A stretch of DNA of 64,000 bases from Turneriella sp. (GCA_965279515.1 CBDIID010000003.1:2016001-2080000); one strand, 5' to 3'. Positions 18,559 to 29,177 are shown, numbered from the stretch's first letter. The notes: generated by a model not told the origin, from the sequence alone. Program-made: numbers and translations.

Positions 18559-19531
18559 AGATGACCCCCTCAACAGCCGCGACGATTTTTTCGACCGTCG
18601 GCAAAGCCGCCTCTTCCATATGTTTCGCATAAGGAATCGGTACTTCTTCGCTGCAAACGCGCGCCAGCGGCGCATCGAGATCATAAAATGAAGATTCCAT
18701 AATCGACATACCGATTTCGGCCGCAAGACTGCCGCTGCGCCAGCCCTCGTCGACGATCACGGCGCGGCGCGTCTTTTGCACGCTTGCCGCGATCGCCGCG
18801 CGGTCGAGCGGGCGCAATGAGCGTAAATCGAGAACCTCGGCTGAAATGCCGGCTGCTGCGAGCTTCTCGGCCGCCGCCAGTGTACGCGGCACCATACCCC
18901 CATAAGTGATGAGCGAGATGTCTTCACCGCTACGGCGTATCTCTGCGCGATCTAAATCCACCGCTTCAAATTCGCTGCTCACTTCAGAAGCTTCACCAAA
19001 GAGCAGCGCGTGTTCAAAGATGAGCACGGGGTCAGGGTCTTTGAGCGCCGTCCATAACATACCACGGGCATCGCGCGCATTCGATGGCGCCACAATGCGG
19101 ATACCGGGAATGTGCGCGTACCAGCCCTCGAAGCTGTGCGAGTGTTGCGCTGCGAGTTGCCGGCCGGCGCCTGTCGTCATGCGGATGACCAGCGGTACGC
19201 TGTATTGCCCGCCCGACATGTGCCTGAGCGACGCCGCTGTGTTGATGATCTGGTCAAGCGCGAGGAGTGAAAAGTTGACGGTCATAATTTCGACGATCGG
19301 CAGCATACCGCCGAGCGCCGCGCCGATGCCCGCACCCGTAAAACCCGATTCAGAAAGCGGTGCATCGCGGATGCGATCTTCGCCGAACTCTTCGAAAAAA
19401 CCTTTGGTATGTCCGTAGGGGCCGCCGTACTTGCCGATGTCTTCGCCCATCATGAACACGCGCGGCTCGTTCTTAAACGCATAACGCAAGCCCTCGGTGA
19501 TACCTTCGCGGTATGTGATGTTTTTTTTCAT
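18545..19531 (-). CDS. pdhB: 2-oxoacid dehydrogenase E1 beta subunit
   Basis: [38 protein letters not shown] motifs. Confidence 0.95.
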   Translation of the reverse strand: MKKNITYREGITEGLRYAFKNEPRVFMMGEDIGKYGGPYGHTKGFFEEFGEDRIRDAPLSESGFTGAGIGAALGGMLPIVEIMTVNFSLLALDQIINTAASLRHMSGGQYSVPLVIRMTTGAGRQLAAQHSHSFEGWYAHIPGIRIVAPSNARDARGMLWTALKDPDPVLIFEHALLFGEASEVSSEFEAVDLDRAEIRRSGEDISLITYGGMVPRTLAAAEKLAAAGISAEVLDLRSLRPLDRAAIAASVQKTRRAVIVDEGWRSGSLAAEIGMSIMESSFYDLDAPLARVCSEEVPIPYAKHMEEAALPTVEKIVAAVEGVIYAND

Positions 19532-20577
19532 TCCCCACCCCCGGCCCCTCCCCGTAAACGGGGAGGGGAGCTTAAAACTCCTCCCCCGTTTACGGGGGAG
19601 GTTGGGAGGGGGACAGGAGTCGTCACATCCTTAAGAAGGTCACTGACTTCCTCAACAGGACTTTCCTCGGCAAATTTCACCGCATCTTCAATTTCGGCGC
19701 GCACCGATGCCTCGACCTGCGGCCTGATTTTTTCCGGATCGATGCCTGCTTCGCGCATGTGTTTCTCCAGAATTAAGATAGGGTCGGCTTTCTGGTGCTC
19801 GGCGACCTCGGCTTTGTCACGGTAGAGATCGGGATCGTACATCGAATGCGCCCTGAAGCGATAGGTACGAAACTCGATAAACTGGGGATTGCCGGATTCA
19901 CGCACCTCGTTGATTGTCGCCAAAGATTCCCGCGTCGTCGCCGCAAGGTCCATGCCGTCGACACTGCGTACCTTCATATTGTAACTCGCGGCCTTGACCG
20001 TCAGTTCTTGCTGCGATTCAGAACGCGACAGGGCCGTGCCCATGGCATAATAATTGTTCTCGCAGGCAAAGAGCACGGGGAGCTTCCAGAGTTTTGCCAG
20101 ATTCATCGCTTCGTGGAACTCGCCTTCGGCCATCGCACCTTCGCCGAAAAAGACCACCGTCACGTTTTTGCGTTTCTGCATTTTGTCTGCAAGCGCCAAA
20201 CCCACCGCGAGAGGCAATCCGCCCGCCACGATCGCATTGCCGCCATAGAAGCGCAGACTCTTATCGAAGATATGCATCGAACCGCCACGCCCTTTGCAGC
20301 AGCCCGTCACCTTGCCGAACATTTCGGCCATGATGGCGCGCGCCGAAACCCCGCGCAGCAGCGCATGCGCATGCTCGCGGTAGGTGGCGACGATGGCGTC
20401 GTCGCTTTTGAGATAGGGAATCAGCCCCGTCGCCACAGCCTCTTCACCGATATAGAGATGCAGAAATCCGCGGATCTTCGTTGCATTATAGAGCTCCGCG
20501 CATTTCTCTTCGAAGCGGCGGATGAGCAACATGCGCCGCAGCCACAGGGTTGCTTCCTCCTGGGTAACTTTTATCAT
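19528..20577 (-). CDS. pdhA: 2-oxoacid dehydrogenase E1 alpha subunit
   Basis: [25 protein letters not shown] motif [14 protein letters not shown]. Confidence 0.95.
   Translation of the reverse strand: MIKVTQEEATLWLRRMLLIRRFEEKCAELYNATKIRGFLHLYIGEEAVATGLIPYLKSDDAIVATYREHAHALLRGVSARAIMAEMFGKVTGCCKGRGGSMHIFDKSLRFYGGNAIVAGGLPLAVGLALADKMQKRKNVTVVFFGEGAMAEGEFHEAMNLAKLWKLPVLFACENNYYAMGTALSRSESQQELTVKAASYNMKVRSVDGMDLAATTRESLATINEVRESGNPQFIEFRTYRFRAHSMYDPDLYRDKAEVAEHQKADPILILEKHMREAGIDPEKIRPQVEASVRAEIEDAVKFAEESPVEEVSDLLKDVTTPVPLPTSPVNGGGVLSSPPRLRGGAGGGE
19533..19612. repeat. Double-hairpin palindromic element encoding the C-terminus of E1 alpha
   Basis: CCCCTCCCCGT-AA-ACGGGGAGGGG (19545-19568) and its inverted copy CCTCCCCCGT-TT-ACGGGGGAGG (19580-19601). 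Confidence 0.85.
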
Positions 20578-22334
20578 ACTTCGCCCCTCCCCCTTGCCCC
20601 CTCCAGCGTCGACAGGTCGCCCTCGGGCAACCCCAACTCGCGCGCCTTGAGTAGCCTGCGCATAATTTTGCCGCTGCGCGTGCGCGGCAGATTTTCCATA
20701 AACTTAATTTCGCGCGGCGCGACAGCGGCGCCGAGGCGCGCCCGCGCATGCCCGCGGATTTCATCGCCGAGATCTTCGCTTGCTGTAAAACCTTTGCGCA
20801 ATGAGATGAAAGCTTTCACCAATTCGCCCGCGACGTCGTCGGGCACGCCGATGACTCCCGCTTCGGCGACTGCCTGGTGTTCCATGAGTACGCTTTCGAC
20901 CTCAAAGGGGCCAATGAGGTGACCCGATGACTTGATGACGTCGTCGGCGCGGCCGATGAACCACAGATAACCATCCGCATCGCGTTTGGCGAGATCGCCG
21001 GCCAGATAATAACCGTCGGCAAAACACTTTTTATAACGCTCTTCTTCATGGATATAGGTATCGAACATCGACGGCCAGGGCGTCTTGATCGCAATCTCAC
21101 CTTCTTCGTTCGCCTCCCTAATAATTTTGAGACCGCTCTCGGTGCGTTTTACGAGTTCAATATCGATGCCAGGTACCGCCTTGCCCATAGAACCCGGGCG
21201 GATGTCCAGCGTCGGAAAATTGGCGATCATAATGGCACCTGTCTCGGTCTGCCACCAGGTATCGTGCGCCGGCAGGCCGATATTTTTTTCCGTCCAGATC
21301 ACGGCTTCGGCGTTGAGGGGTTCGCCGACACTGAGCAGGTGGCGCAGCGCTTTGAAATCAAAACCCTTGAGCTCGTCGGGGCCTGCCTTCATCATCATGC
21401 GGATGGCCGTCGGCGCGGTGTACCACACCGCGACCTTTTCGTTCTGCACAATAGTATACCAGCGGTTCAGATCGAACTCGTCTTCGTCGACGATCAGTGT
21501 CACACCGCAGGAGAGCGGCCCCAGCATACCGTACGACACGCCCGTGACCCAACCGGGGTCCGCAGTGCACCAGAAGATTTCACCGTCATGCAGGTCGAGC
21601 ACCGAGCGTGCGGTGGCGTAGTGCGCGACAATCGCTCCATGCATATGCTGGGCACCCTTGGGTTTACCCGTGGTACCGCTGGTAAAATGCAGCAGCGCCG
21701 GCGTCTGCGCCACAGTGATTTCGGTTGTATAGGTATCCGCCTGCGCTGCGATAAGTTCGTCGAAGTCAAGGGTACCGGGTATATCCGCCTTTACATTATT
21801 CTCACGCAGCAAAATAACATGCCTGAGGTCGGGCAATTTGTCGCGGATACCAGCGACCTTGCTTTCATAGAGATCGGCGGTGGTGACGAGTACCTTCGCC
21901 TTGCCGATGGTCATGCGCGTCGCAATCGGGTCGGGACCAAAGGCCGAGAATAAAGAAGAGAGTACGACGCCGTGACGAAGACTGCCCAACGCGGCAATAT
22001 AGAGACCAGGCAGGCGGCCAGAGAGCGCAAAAACGCTTTCTCCACGTTTGACCCCTAAATGCTCAAGCGCGTTGGCAAAGCGGTTGGTCTGTTTCTGTAA
22101 ATCAGCGTAACTGATGTCGATGCGTGTGTCGTCGACTCCCAGCCAGCGGATCGCCGTAACGTGCCCCTGACCGGCCGTAACATGGCGATCGATCGCGATG
22201 CGTGCCATGTTGAAATCATTTTGTTTTCCCGCGAGCTCGGTCGCAGTGTTTTCCCAGTTAAACGCGGCGCGGTAAGGCGCGTAATCCGCGACGTTAGGTT
22301 TCGTCGTCGCCTCGTCGGCATTTGAGTGCTGCAT
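20574..22334 (-). CDS. acsA: Acetate--CoA ligase-like adenylate-forming enzyme
   Basis: [53 protein letters not shown] before ATG 22334. Confidence 0.92.
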   Translation of the reverse strand: MQHSNADEATTKPNVADYAPYRAAFNWENTATELAGKQNDFNMARIAIDRHVTAGQGHVTAIRWLGVDDTRIDISYADLQKQTNRFANALEHLGVKRGESVFALSGRLPGLYIAALGSLRHGVVLSSLFSAFGPDPIATRMTIGKAKVLVTTADLYESKVAGIRDKLPDLRHVILLRENNVKADIPGTLDFDELIAAQADTYTTEITVAQTPALLHFTSGTTGKPKGAQHMHGAIVAHYATARSVLDLHDGEIFWCTADPGWVTGVSYGMLGPLSCGVTLIVDEDEFDLNRWYTIVQNEKVAVWYTAPTAIRMMMKAGPDELKGFDFKALRHLLSVGEPLNAEAVIWTEKNIGLPAHDTWWQTETGAIMIANFPTLDIRPGSMGKAVPGIDIELVKRTESGLKIIREANEEGEIAIKTPWPSMFDTYIHEEERYKKCFADGYYLAGDLAKRDADGYLWFIGRADDVIKSSGHLIGPFEVESVLMEHQAVAEAGVIGVPDDVAGELVKAFISLRKGFTASEDLGDEIRGHARARLGAAVAPREIKFMENLPRTRSGKIMRRLLKARELGLPEGDLSTLEGARGRGEV

Positions 22335-22492
22335 AGGTCTCCCCTTTTCGCAGTAGTGATCCGGGTACAAAATACGGGTGCCGATCCAGCCGACAAGCAG
22401 ATTAATGGATTCTTTTATCTACAATATCGTGCGAGATGAAGCGAAGGTGGCGGCACTGCTAGTCTATTGTAATTGATGGATCGCCAATACTA

Positions 22493-22579
22493 ACCGCAAA
22501 GTACGCAGAGTTACGCAAAGAAGAGGCGCCTAGCTTCATTGCTCGTCTTAACTCTGCGCAACTTTGCGTCCTTTGCGGT
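22493..22579. repeat. Imperfect 28-bp inverted repeat built from CGCARAG units
   Basis: ACCGCAAAGTACGCAGAGTTACGCAAAG (22493-22520) matches the reverse complement of 22552-22579 at 24/28. Confidence 0.75.
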
Positions 22580-22608
22580 GCATGAGGAATTTTCTTAAAT
22601 ACAGGAGA

Positions 22609-23313
22609 CTAGGCCTTTTCGGCGAGATAGAGGTGCCCCACGTAACCGGGAATTTCAGGTAGCATTGCGAGGCCACCCCTGACACTCCCACTGCTACGGA
22701 TTTCCATAGCCCGAGCTAAGTCAGATTTCACAAATCCGGTCCCCTGCGCTTTGAAATAAGCCTCATGTGCAGTAAAATAACGCAAAAATGCCGCGCTCTG
22801 CTCGCTCTCTGGCAGGCTATGGATTTCCATAGCTATGCTATTAGCTAATAAACCCTGGGCTAAACCGCGCCAATCCGGTATCGGGCGAATCTTTTCAAGA
22901 TCGATGCCCAGAGAATGCGAGGTGCTGAAAGCAATCACAACAAAATCCCCTGAATGAGACAGATTAAATTGTATCGATGGAAAATCCACCGCATAGGATT
23001 TGCCGCCATCACGAATGCCGATGCAGATGGCCTGTGGATTTTTCATACCGGTATAACCAGCCAGGAGTCCCCTCAGCCAACCGCGCGAAAGCGCGAACTC
23101 GGCGATTTTGTTCCGCGGATACATGTTTTCCGCACGTGCATTCTCTTCGCTGCTTAACAAAGACCGCAGCCATGCATCTTCAGCCAGCGGGCATAACCAG
23201 GCATGCGCGCCGGATTCAGGAAGCGGCGGCTGACTCATCGTTTCATGAAACTCCCCACCTTCGGGATACGACCAGAGACGCGGCCGAAGCGGGGTATTGA
23301 GCGCCAGGGACAT
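22609..23313 (-). CDS. Sfp-type 4'-phosphopantetheinyl transferase
   Basis: FNLSHSG, LGIDLE, FT.HEAYFKAQGTG (variant of WxxKEAxxKAxG). Confidence 0.85.
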   Translation of the reverse strand: MSLALNTPLRPRLWSYPEGGEFHETMSQPPLPESGAHAWLCPLAEDAWLRSLLSSEENARAENMYPRNKIAEFALSRGWLRGLLAGYTGMKNPQAICIGIRDGGKSYAVDFPSIQFNLSHSGDFVVIAFSTSHSLGIDLEKIRPIPDWRGLAQGLLANSIAMEIHSLPESEQSAAFLRYFTAHEAYFKAQGTGFVKSDLARAMEIRSSGSVRGGLAMLPEIPGYVGHLYLAEKA

Positions 23314-23316
23314 TGG

Positions 23317-23772
23317 CTAATGCCCAATAACTTTGCGAATCTGTTTATTTTCCGTGAACTGTGTGAGTGTTTCCTGAATTTTCAGATCGAGCAATTCCCG
23401 GTTCCGCGCCAGATCGGCGGCGATGAGATTGGGAAATTCCGCGTCTGCTTCACGGTAAATCAGGTCAAGCCGCGCCCGCATCACGTCCAGATCGCGCCGT
23501 TCGCCGAGCACGTTCTGCAGGCTCACCGCAAGCTCGTAGATCTCCTCAAAGCGCGCAGGCTTGATGATACCGGCATAAAGTTCAAGGACATAACGAAACC
23601 GCCGCAGCGCAATACGCAGATCATGCAGATTCTCTTCCGTGGGTTCGCGGCGGTATTGATCAGAGCGATCATAGACCCGGTCGAAATGGTGCGAAAGCAC
23701 CGGCTGGGTTGAGTCGGCGAAGGATTGTTTCGGCTTCAATCCCCTAAAATGAAATTTTTTTCGATACGACAC
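23317..23772 (-). CDS. CHAD-domain protein (short)
   Basis: LHDLRIALRRFRY.LE and LG..RDLDV motifs. Confidence 0.75.
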   Translation of the reverse strand: MSYRKKFHFRGLKPKQSFADSTQPVLSHHFDRVYDRSDQYRREPTEENLHDLRIALRRFRYVLELYAGIIKPARFEEIYELAVSLQNVLGERRDLDVMRARLDLIYREADAEFPNLIAADLARNRELLDLKIQETLTQFTENKQIRKVIGH

Positions 23773-23807
23773 GTTCGGCCCAAATCAGAAAACTGCGGAA
23801 ACGATAC

Positions 23808-25433
23808 TTATACTTGCTTACGCAGTACCTTTTTGTCGAACTTGCCGACGCTGGTTTTCGGTATCGTATCGATGATGCGTATATCCGCCATTTTCGGAAC
23901 CTGCCAGTGTGCAAATTTTTCACCCAGAAAGGCGTGGAGCGCCTTAAGATCAAACTCTGCCTTTTTCTCGGCGACGGGCGTCACAAATAATACCGCCGCC
24001 TCGCCGCGTACATCGTCGGGTCTGCCTACGACCGCGGCCTCGGCGACGCCGGGGAATGCCATTGCGGCATTTTCCATTTCAACACTCGAGAGCCATTCGC
24101 CACGTGTCTTGATGAGGTCTTTTTTACGATCAGTGATTTCCATGAATCCATGTTCGTCGACGCGGGCAACATCGCCCGTACCAAACCAGCCGTCGGCAGT
24201 AAACGCGGCATTCGCGTCTTTGTTTTCCGGTTTGTAGTACGAGGCGGCAATCCATGGGCCCTTGACCTGGAGCTCTCCCGAATTCTTACCATCCCATGCG
24301 AGTTCTTTGCCGGTATCGTCGACGATGCGCGCCTCGACCAGCGGCACAAACGCACCCTGCTTCGTCCGCTGTTTCAGCTGGTCTGCAGCAGGCCACTTCT
24401 GCATCGCCAGTTTCAGGTTCGCAACAGTCCCCAGCGGCGAAGTTTCTGTCATACCCCAGGCATGCAGAATCTGTACACCATGTTCTTTCTGGTACGCCTC
24501 GATCAGCGCCGGCGGCGCGGCCGACCCGCCGACGACCATGGCGCGTAACGACGAGATATCCGCCTTGTCTTTGCGCAGGTGCTGCAGCAGAACATTCCAG
24601 ATGGTTGGCACGCCGGCCGCGAGTGTGACCTTTTCCTGTTCGATGAGCTCGGCGATGGGTTTACCGATCAGCTGGTTACCGGGATAAATCATCTTCGCGC
24701 CCACCATGCAGGCCGCGAAGGGAATTCCCCAGCTCATGACGTGGAACATCGGTACGACGGGTAAAATGACATCGCGGCCCGACACCGCCAGCGAATCGAT
24801 CATCGAGATGCCCATCGCATGCAGAAAAATCGAACGGTGCGAATAGAGCACGCCCTTCGGCTCACCCGTCGTGCCGGATGTATAACACATGCCCGCCGCG
24901 GTATTCTCATCGAACTGCGGAAAATCTTCGACGGCGCTTTCGGCCGCAATAAGTGATTCGTAATCGGTCATACCTTTGAGCTTGAGGTTCTGATCTGGCG
25001 CGAGATCGTCCATCACGACAAATTGTTTTACGGTTTTAAACTGCGGCTCGAGGTCGGCGAGAGGCTTCATCAGCGATTTGTCACAGAAAATGAGGCCATC
25101 CTCAGCGTGATTGACGATGTAGACAAGCTGCTCGGGGAAAAGGCGGATATTGAGCGTGTGCAATACAGCGCCCAGTGCGGGCACGGCGAAGTAAAGTTCC
25201 ATATGGCGGTACGAATTCCATGCGAAGGTCGCGACACGATCGCCGGGCTTCACGCCGAGCTTTCTCAGCGCCTGCATCAGTTTAAGCGTACGCGTATAAA
25301 ATTCACCATAGGTATAGCGGTGAATATTACCGTCGGCAAGGCGCGAGACAATTTCCTGTTCGGGAAAGTTTCGTTTCGCCCGCGCGAGAATGCGATCGAT
25401 TGTCAGGGGGTAGTTCATCATCAGGCCGTTCAT
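23808..25433 (-). CDS. Medium/long-chain fatty-acid--CoA ligase
   Basis: YTSGTTGEPKG, HAWGMTE, GWFGTGD, PKTSVGKFDKK. Start at ATG 25433. Confidence 0.92.
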   Translation of the reverse strand: MNGLMMNYPLTIDRILARAKRNFPEQEIVSRLADGNIHRYTYGEFYTRTLKLMQALRKLGVKPGDRVATFAWNSYRHMELYFAVPALGAVLHTLNIRLFPEQLVYIVNHAEDGLIFCDKSLMKPLADLEPQFKTVKQFVVMDDLAPDQNLKLKGMTDYESLIAAESAVEDFPQFDENTAAGMCYTSGTTGEPKGVLYSHRSIFLHAMGISMIDSLAVSGRDVILPVVPMFHVMSWGIPFAACMVGAKMIYPGNQLIGKPIAELIEQEKVTLAAGVPTIWNVLLQHLRKDKADISSLRAMVVGGSAAPPALIEAYQKEHGVQILHAWGMTETSPLGTVANLKLAMQKWPAADQLKQRTKQGAFVPLVEARIVDDTGKELAWDGKNSGELQVKGPWIAASYYKPENKDANAAFTADGWFGTGDVARVDEHGFMEITDRKKDLIKTRGEWLSSVEMENAAMAFPGVAEAAVVGRPDDVRGEAAVLFVTPVAEKKAEFDLKALHAFLGEKFAHWQVPKMADIRIIDTIPKTSVGKFDKKVLRKQV

Positions 25434-25552
25434 AAGAGAGCTATACACCGCCACGGACACCGGCGTCAAGTTTTCACTGAGTCTCAACGCTGGCTTTTAG
25501 GCATAGGGAAACGCTGTTTACAGTCTTCGCCGAATAGGCACGATAGCGTTCG

Positions 25553-26704
25553 ATGAAGTCTGCTTCCAAATTGGTGTCCCTCTGGAACAGGCAGGCAGAA
25601 TGGAGCCAGCGGTTGGCGATGATCGATGCCGCGCGATCCTTCCTTTACCTGACGACTTTTTATGTCGAATACGACGAGTACGGCCTTGAAATGCTCAACG
25701 CCCTATTGGCAGCGCAGAACCGCGGTGTAGCGGTGACGCTGCTGATCGATACCTTCGGGCAGCGTATGGGTGGGGTTCTGATGACGGATGCCCAGCGGGA
25801 TGCACTCCATCGTGAATTCAATATCCTGCGCGCGGCGGGTGCATCTGTTATTATGTATGAGCCGCCGCGTCTGTCGCAACGGCTTTTGGGTGGCGGGCAC
25901 CATGTGAAGATTCAACTGTCTGAAGCGGGCGAAGCAATCTTCGGCAGCGGCAATATCACAAAATCTTCTTTCGAAGGGTGGAACGAGTACTCGGTTGCGC
26001 TACGCGGCCCGATAGCCTGCGCGCTACTCGAAACCGTTGAAGCTTTGGGAGTGAGGGTTGATCCCGAACACACACGACAGCTCGGCGATACTGCATTCGG
26101 TGAAAAAGCAGACATTAAATTCGACTATTGGTTCTGCAACCCGAATACGCACCAGGGATGGCTAGGTCCGTTGGCCTGGCGCTCCCGAAATACAATCACC
26201 GATCATATCATCGTTATGCTCGATTCAGCAAAAAAAAGCATCCGCATTACGAGTTTCTACTTTAAGCCTACGGAAACTCTGATGCAAGCGGTTTTACGCG
26301 CGGCCCGCCGCGGTGTCAATGTCGAAGTATTTCACTCGCACCGCTCGGCGTTACCCAGCACAGATCTCGCGTGGATCGCCGCTGCGACAAACTATTCCCG
26401 ACTTCTCAGAGCCGGCGTTGTGATTTATGAAAACCTCCATGGCGAGCATTCGAAGCTGGTTGTCGTCGACGACGAATGGGCAGCCTTTGGCAGTTATAAT
26501 TTTGAAGATGCGGCGCATGACCGGTTGGCTGAGGCCATGCTTGCCAGCCACGATCCTCACGTCGTTCAACCCCTGTTAGAAATATTCGCTCTGCTGCGTG
26601 ATGATCCGGAAAACTGCCGTGTCACACCAAAAACTATCCACCATCTGCCGATCTCAGAACGAATACGCATTCTTCGCTATGGCCGCTTCAAATGGTGGAT
26701 GTGA
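25553..26704 (+). CDS. Phospholipase D-family (cardiolipin synthase-like) protein
   Basis: Two PLD motifs: HVKIQLSE..GSGN (variant) and HSKLVVVD..GSYN. Confidence 0.85.
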   Translation: MKSASKLVSLWNRQAEWSQRLAMIDAARSFLYLTTFYVEYDEYGLEMLNALLAAQNRGVAVTLLIDTFGQRMGGVLMTDAQRDALHREFNILRAAGASVIMYEPPRLSQRLLGGGHHVKIQLSEAGEAIFGSGNITKSSFEGWNEYSVALRGPIACALLETVEALGVRVDPEHTRQLGDTAFGEKADIKFDYWFCNPNTHQGWLGPLAWRSRNTITDHIIVMLDSAKKSIRITSFYFKPTETLMQAVLRAARRGVNVEVFHSHRSALPSTDLAWIAAATNYSRLLRAGVVIYENLHGEHSKLVVVDDEWAAFGSYNFEDAAHDRLAEAMLASHDPHVVQPLLEIFALLRDDPENCRVTPKTIHHLPISERIRILRYGRFKWWM

Positions 26705-26796
26705 TTCAGCCGCTTCAAAAGCGCAAAACCCGTCGGATATGACAGATCCCCGACATAAGTGATTGGCGCAATACGTACAAACTTGCTGTTCGACCT

Positions 26797-27276
26797 GTGT
26801 ACCAAAGACGGCCAAAAAAAACGGAGGGCCAACAACCCCTGCAACAGCGCGCCCTGGCGCTCGCGGCACGTAAATTGCGCAGCGCCCTGGAATTGCGAAA
26901 CAAACTCATCACAGAGGGTTATGCGGAAGACGAGATCGATGCCGCGATTACCCGGCTACGCGAAATACACCTCATCGACGACAACCTCGTGGCACACTCG
27001 ATCAGCCGCCAATATGCCGACCGCGGCAATCGATTCATTGCGCAGAAGATGAAATCTAAGGGCATCTCGAGCGACGAGCATGAATCTGCGATAGAAGAAT
27101 TACCGGAAGAATTCGAAAGGGCCCTCGCGGCAGGCGCCAAGAAACTGAAAAGCCTAAAAGGAATCGAGCCCCGCGCACAAGCGCAAAAGCTTTACCAGCA
27201 TCTGGCACTGCGGGGCTTTTCAGGCTCGCTGGTCGGCAAAGTGGTTCGGCAGCTGACGCGTCACGAAGAAGAATAG
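26797..27276 (+). CDS. recX: Regulatory protein RecX
   Basis: L..RS..ELR.KL, IDD, RG...I.Q.M..KGI, L..RGF motifs. Confidence 0.85.
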   Translation: MYQRRPKKTEGQQPLQQRALALAARKLRSALELRNKLITEGYAEDEIDAAITRLREIHLIDDNLVAHSISRQYADRGNRFIAQKMKSKGISSDEHESAIEELPEEFERALAAGAKKLKSLKGIEPRAQAQKLYQHLALRGFSGSLVGKVVRQLTRHEEE

Positions 27277-27333
27277 GCGCCGCAGCGGCTCCGAAAAGGG
27301 TTTTCACCAAGTAAATTTAGTTTCCCGTGGCTT

Positions 27334-28329
27334 ATGGCCTTCCCGATCAAAGTTGCCTTTTTGGGTACGGGGGCGATCGGCGCCTCGCTCGTGCGCGCGC
27401 TGTGGCTCAATAAAATACCGTTCACGATTCTGGTGCGGGACAAAAAGCGTAAGGCGGATTTACTCGCACATGGCATCCGCTATCGTCTGAAAGATCTTAC
27501 CCACGTTCAACTCGGCGAAGAGTTCGAAGTGCGCACTGTTAGCGAAGGCAAGAAGTACGATTTCATCTTTCTGGGTATGAAGACCCCAAACCTCGGCGCA
27601 TCGGCAACGATCGCAAAAAAACACCTCGAAAAAAATGGCCGCATTATCCTTCTGCAAAATGGCCTGCCCGAAACCGCGGTGAAAGGTTATAAAGAAGAAC
27701 AAATCATTTCCGGCATCGTCGGCTACAACACGCAGCTCATGCCCGACGGCAGTTTTTTTCAATCGAACCCCGGGCATTTGATTCTGGGGACATCCGCCGA
27801 ACTGCCGAAAGATCTCAAGACGGCCCTTGAACCGCACCAACCCATTGTGCTGACGCATAACGCCATCGGCTTCCGCTGGAACAAACTCGCGATCAATTCT
27901 GTGATCAATGGCCTGGGTGCAGTAACAGGTCTGGCGCTGGGTCCGTTATTCTCCCGCGGCGATGCACGGCGCGCAGCGATCACTCTGATCCAGGAAGCCG
28001 CCGCCGTCATGAAGGCGCTCCGCATTGAAGAGGGGATTGTTCCCGGTGCAATCTCGGTCTACAAGCTTGCCGGATGGCCGGCGTTTTTGCAACATCTGGT
28101 GATCTACATTCTCGGGCGCAAATACGCGAAAATCAGAACCTCGATGCTGCAGGACATTGATAAGGGCATCAAAACCGAAGTCGATGAAATCCACGGCGCG
28201 ATCGTCGCTGCCGCAAAACGAGCCGGTGCGCCGGTGCCCCTGACAGCCGAGATCGTGCAGCGTGTGCATGCGCTGGAATCGGGAAAAGCAAAATCCAACC
28301 CGGATTATTTTAGGGAGGTAAAACGATGA
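27334..28329 (+). CDS. panE: 2-dehydropantoate 2-reductase (ApbA/PanE family)
   Basis: GTGAIG, LQNG, WNKL.IN, SMLQD....TEVD.I.G motifs. Confidence 0.85.
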   Translation: MAFPIKVAFLGTGAIGASLVRALWLNKIPFTILVRDKKRKADLLAHGIRYRLKDLTHVQLGEEFEVRTVSEGKKYDFIFLGMKTPNLGASATIAKKHLEKNGRIILLQNGLPETAVKGYKEEQIISGIVGYNTQLMPDGSFFQSNPGHLILGTSAELPKDLKTALEPHQPIVLTHNAIGFRWNKLAINSVINGLGAVTGLALGPLFSRGDARRAAITLIQEAAAVMKALRIEEGIVPGAISVYKLAGWPAFLQHLVIYILGRKYAKIRTSMLQDIDKGIKTEVDEIHGAIVAAAKRAGAPVPLTAEIVQRVHALESGKAKSNPDYFREVKR

Positions 28330-29138
28330 AAGCACTCATTGTCGGTGGCAGCGGCGTGGCCGGTCAGTGTGCGGTACGCGCGCTCAAAGAATTTGATGCC
28401 GGCGCAGAAATCTGGGCAACAAGTTCGCGCGACGGCGATGTGGCAGGCGCCACACACACCATCCGCAACATCGATCTGAATAAACCCGAATCATTGACGC
28501 AGCTAAAAACCTTCAAAGAAAAGTTGGATTACCTCTTTTACACGCCGGCTTTTGGCTCAGTGGGAAATCCCGTTGCCGAGGCGAGCCGCGAAGAGGTAAA
28601 GCAGGCGAATGCGTTTTGCCTCGACCCGATGGTTGTGCTCACAGAGGCAATCCGACCGAAAATGACTGTGGCTTACACCGCGTATTACTTCAAGCCGCAC
28701 CTGCTGGCTTTTTATGGCGCGCTGGCCTATGTTAAATACGCGACGGAAAAGCTCGCGGTGGAAAATCCCGCACAATACAAATGCCTGCGCATCGGTTCTT
28801 TTGTCAGCAAAGCGACGCGCGGCATCGGCCTGCTGCTGCAGCGCATGTCAAAAACCGCCCCGCATCTGAAACCGCTGATGGAACTCTATGCGCAATCGGG
28901 CATGAAATTTTCGGATTTCTTTTTTGATTATATCTCTAAGGAAGAGAAAAAGAATATCGCGGGCGACCGGCCCTACCACATGACGACGGAGGCTGACATC
29001 GTCGCGGCGCACTTGCGGCTGCTGCAAGGCGAAACGGCACCGATTATCAATGTACTGGGTGATCAGATTTGGGCTGAAAAAACTCTGCCCGCTCTGCCGC
29101 CGGAAATGGCGGGCGCTGAAGCGTTACTCGCGAAATAA
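28326..29138 (+). CDS. Divergent NAD(P)-dependent SDR, enoyl-reductase-like
   Basis: Rossmann GGSGVAG and FabI-type Y-x6-K (YGALAYVK). ATGA overlap with panE. Confidence 0.65.
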   Translation: MKALIVGGSGVAGQCAVRALKEFDAGAEIWATSSRDGDVAGATHTIRNIDLNKPESLTQLKTFKEKLDYLFYTPAFGSVGNPVAEASREEVKQANAFCLDPMVVLTEAIRPKMTVAYTAYYFKPHLLAFYGALAYVKYATEKLAVENPAQYKCLRIGSFVSKATRGIGLLLQRMSKTAPHLKPLMELYAQSGMKFSDFFFDYISKEEKKNIAGDRPYHMTTEADIVAAHLRLLQGETAPIINVLGDQIWAEKTLPALPPEMAGAEALLAK

Positions 29139-29149
29139 CACAAAGCATG

Positions 29150-29177
29150 AACCAGGGAACATCACCGTTCCCTGGTT
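29150..29177. terminator. Hairpin between convergent genes (probable bidirectional terminator)
   Basis: AACCAGGGAAC-ATCACC-GTTCCCTGGTT, perfect 11-bp stem. Confidence 0.65.

Noticed and set aside
19795..21953. Long antisense ORFs (375 aa and 301 aa) opposite pdhA/acsA, and similar shadows at 11966-12922, 39917-40765 and 53988-54731
   Set aside because: They mirror well-supported genes in a GC-rich genome and show no motifs of their own.
23317..23772. CHAD gene as a frameshifted pseudogene
   Set aside because: It is short, but I found no missing half in adjacent frames and both neighbours are intact genes. Retained as a CDS.
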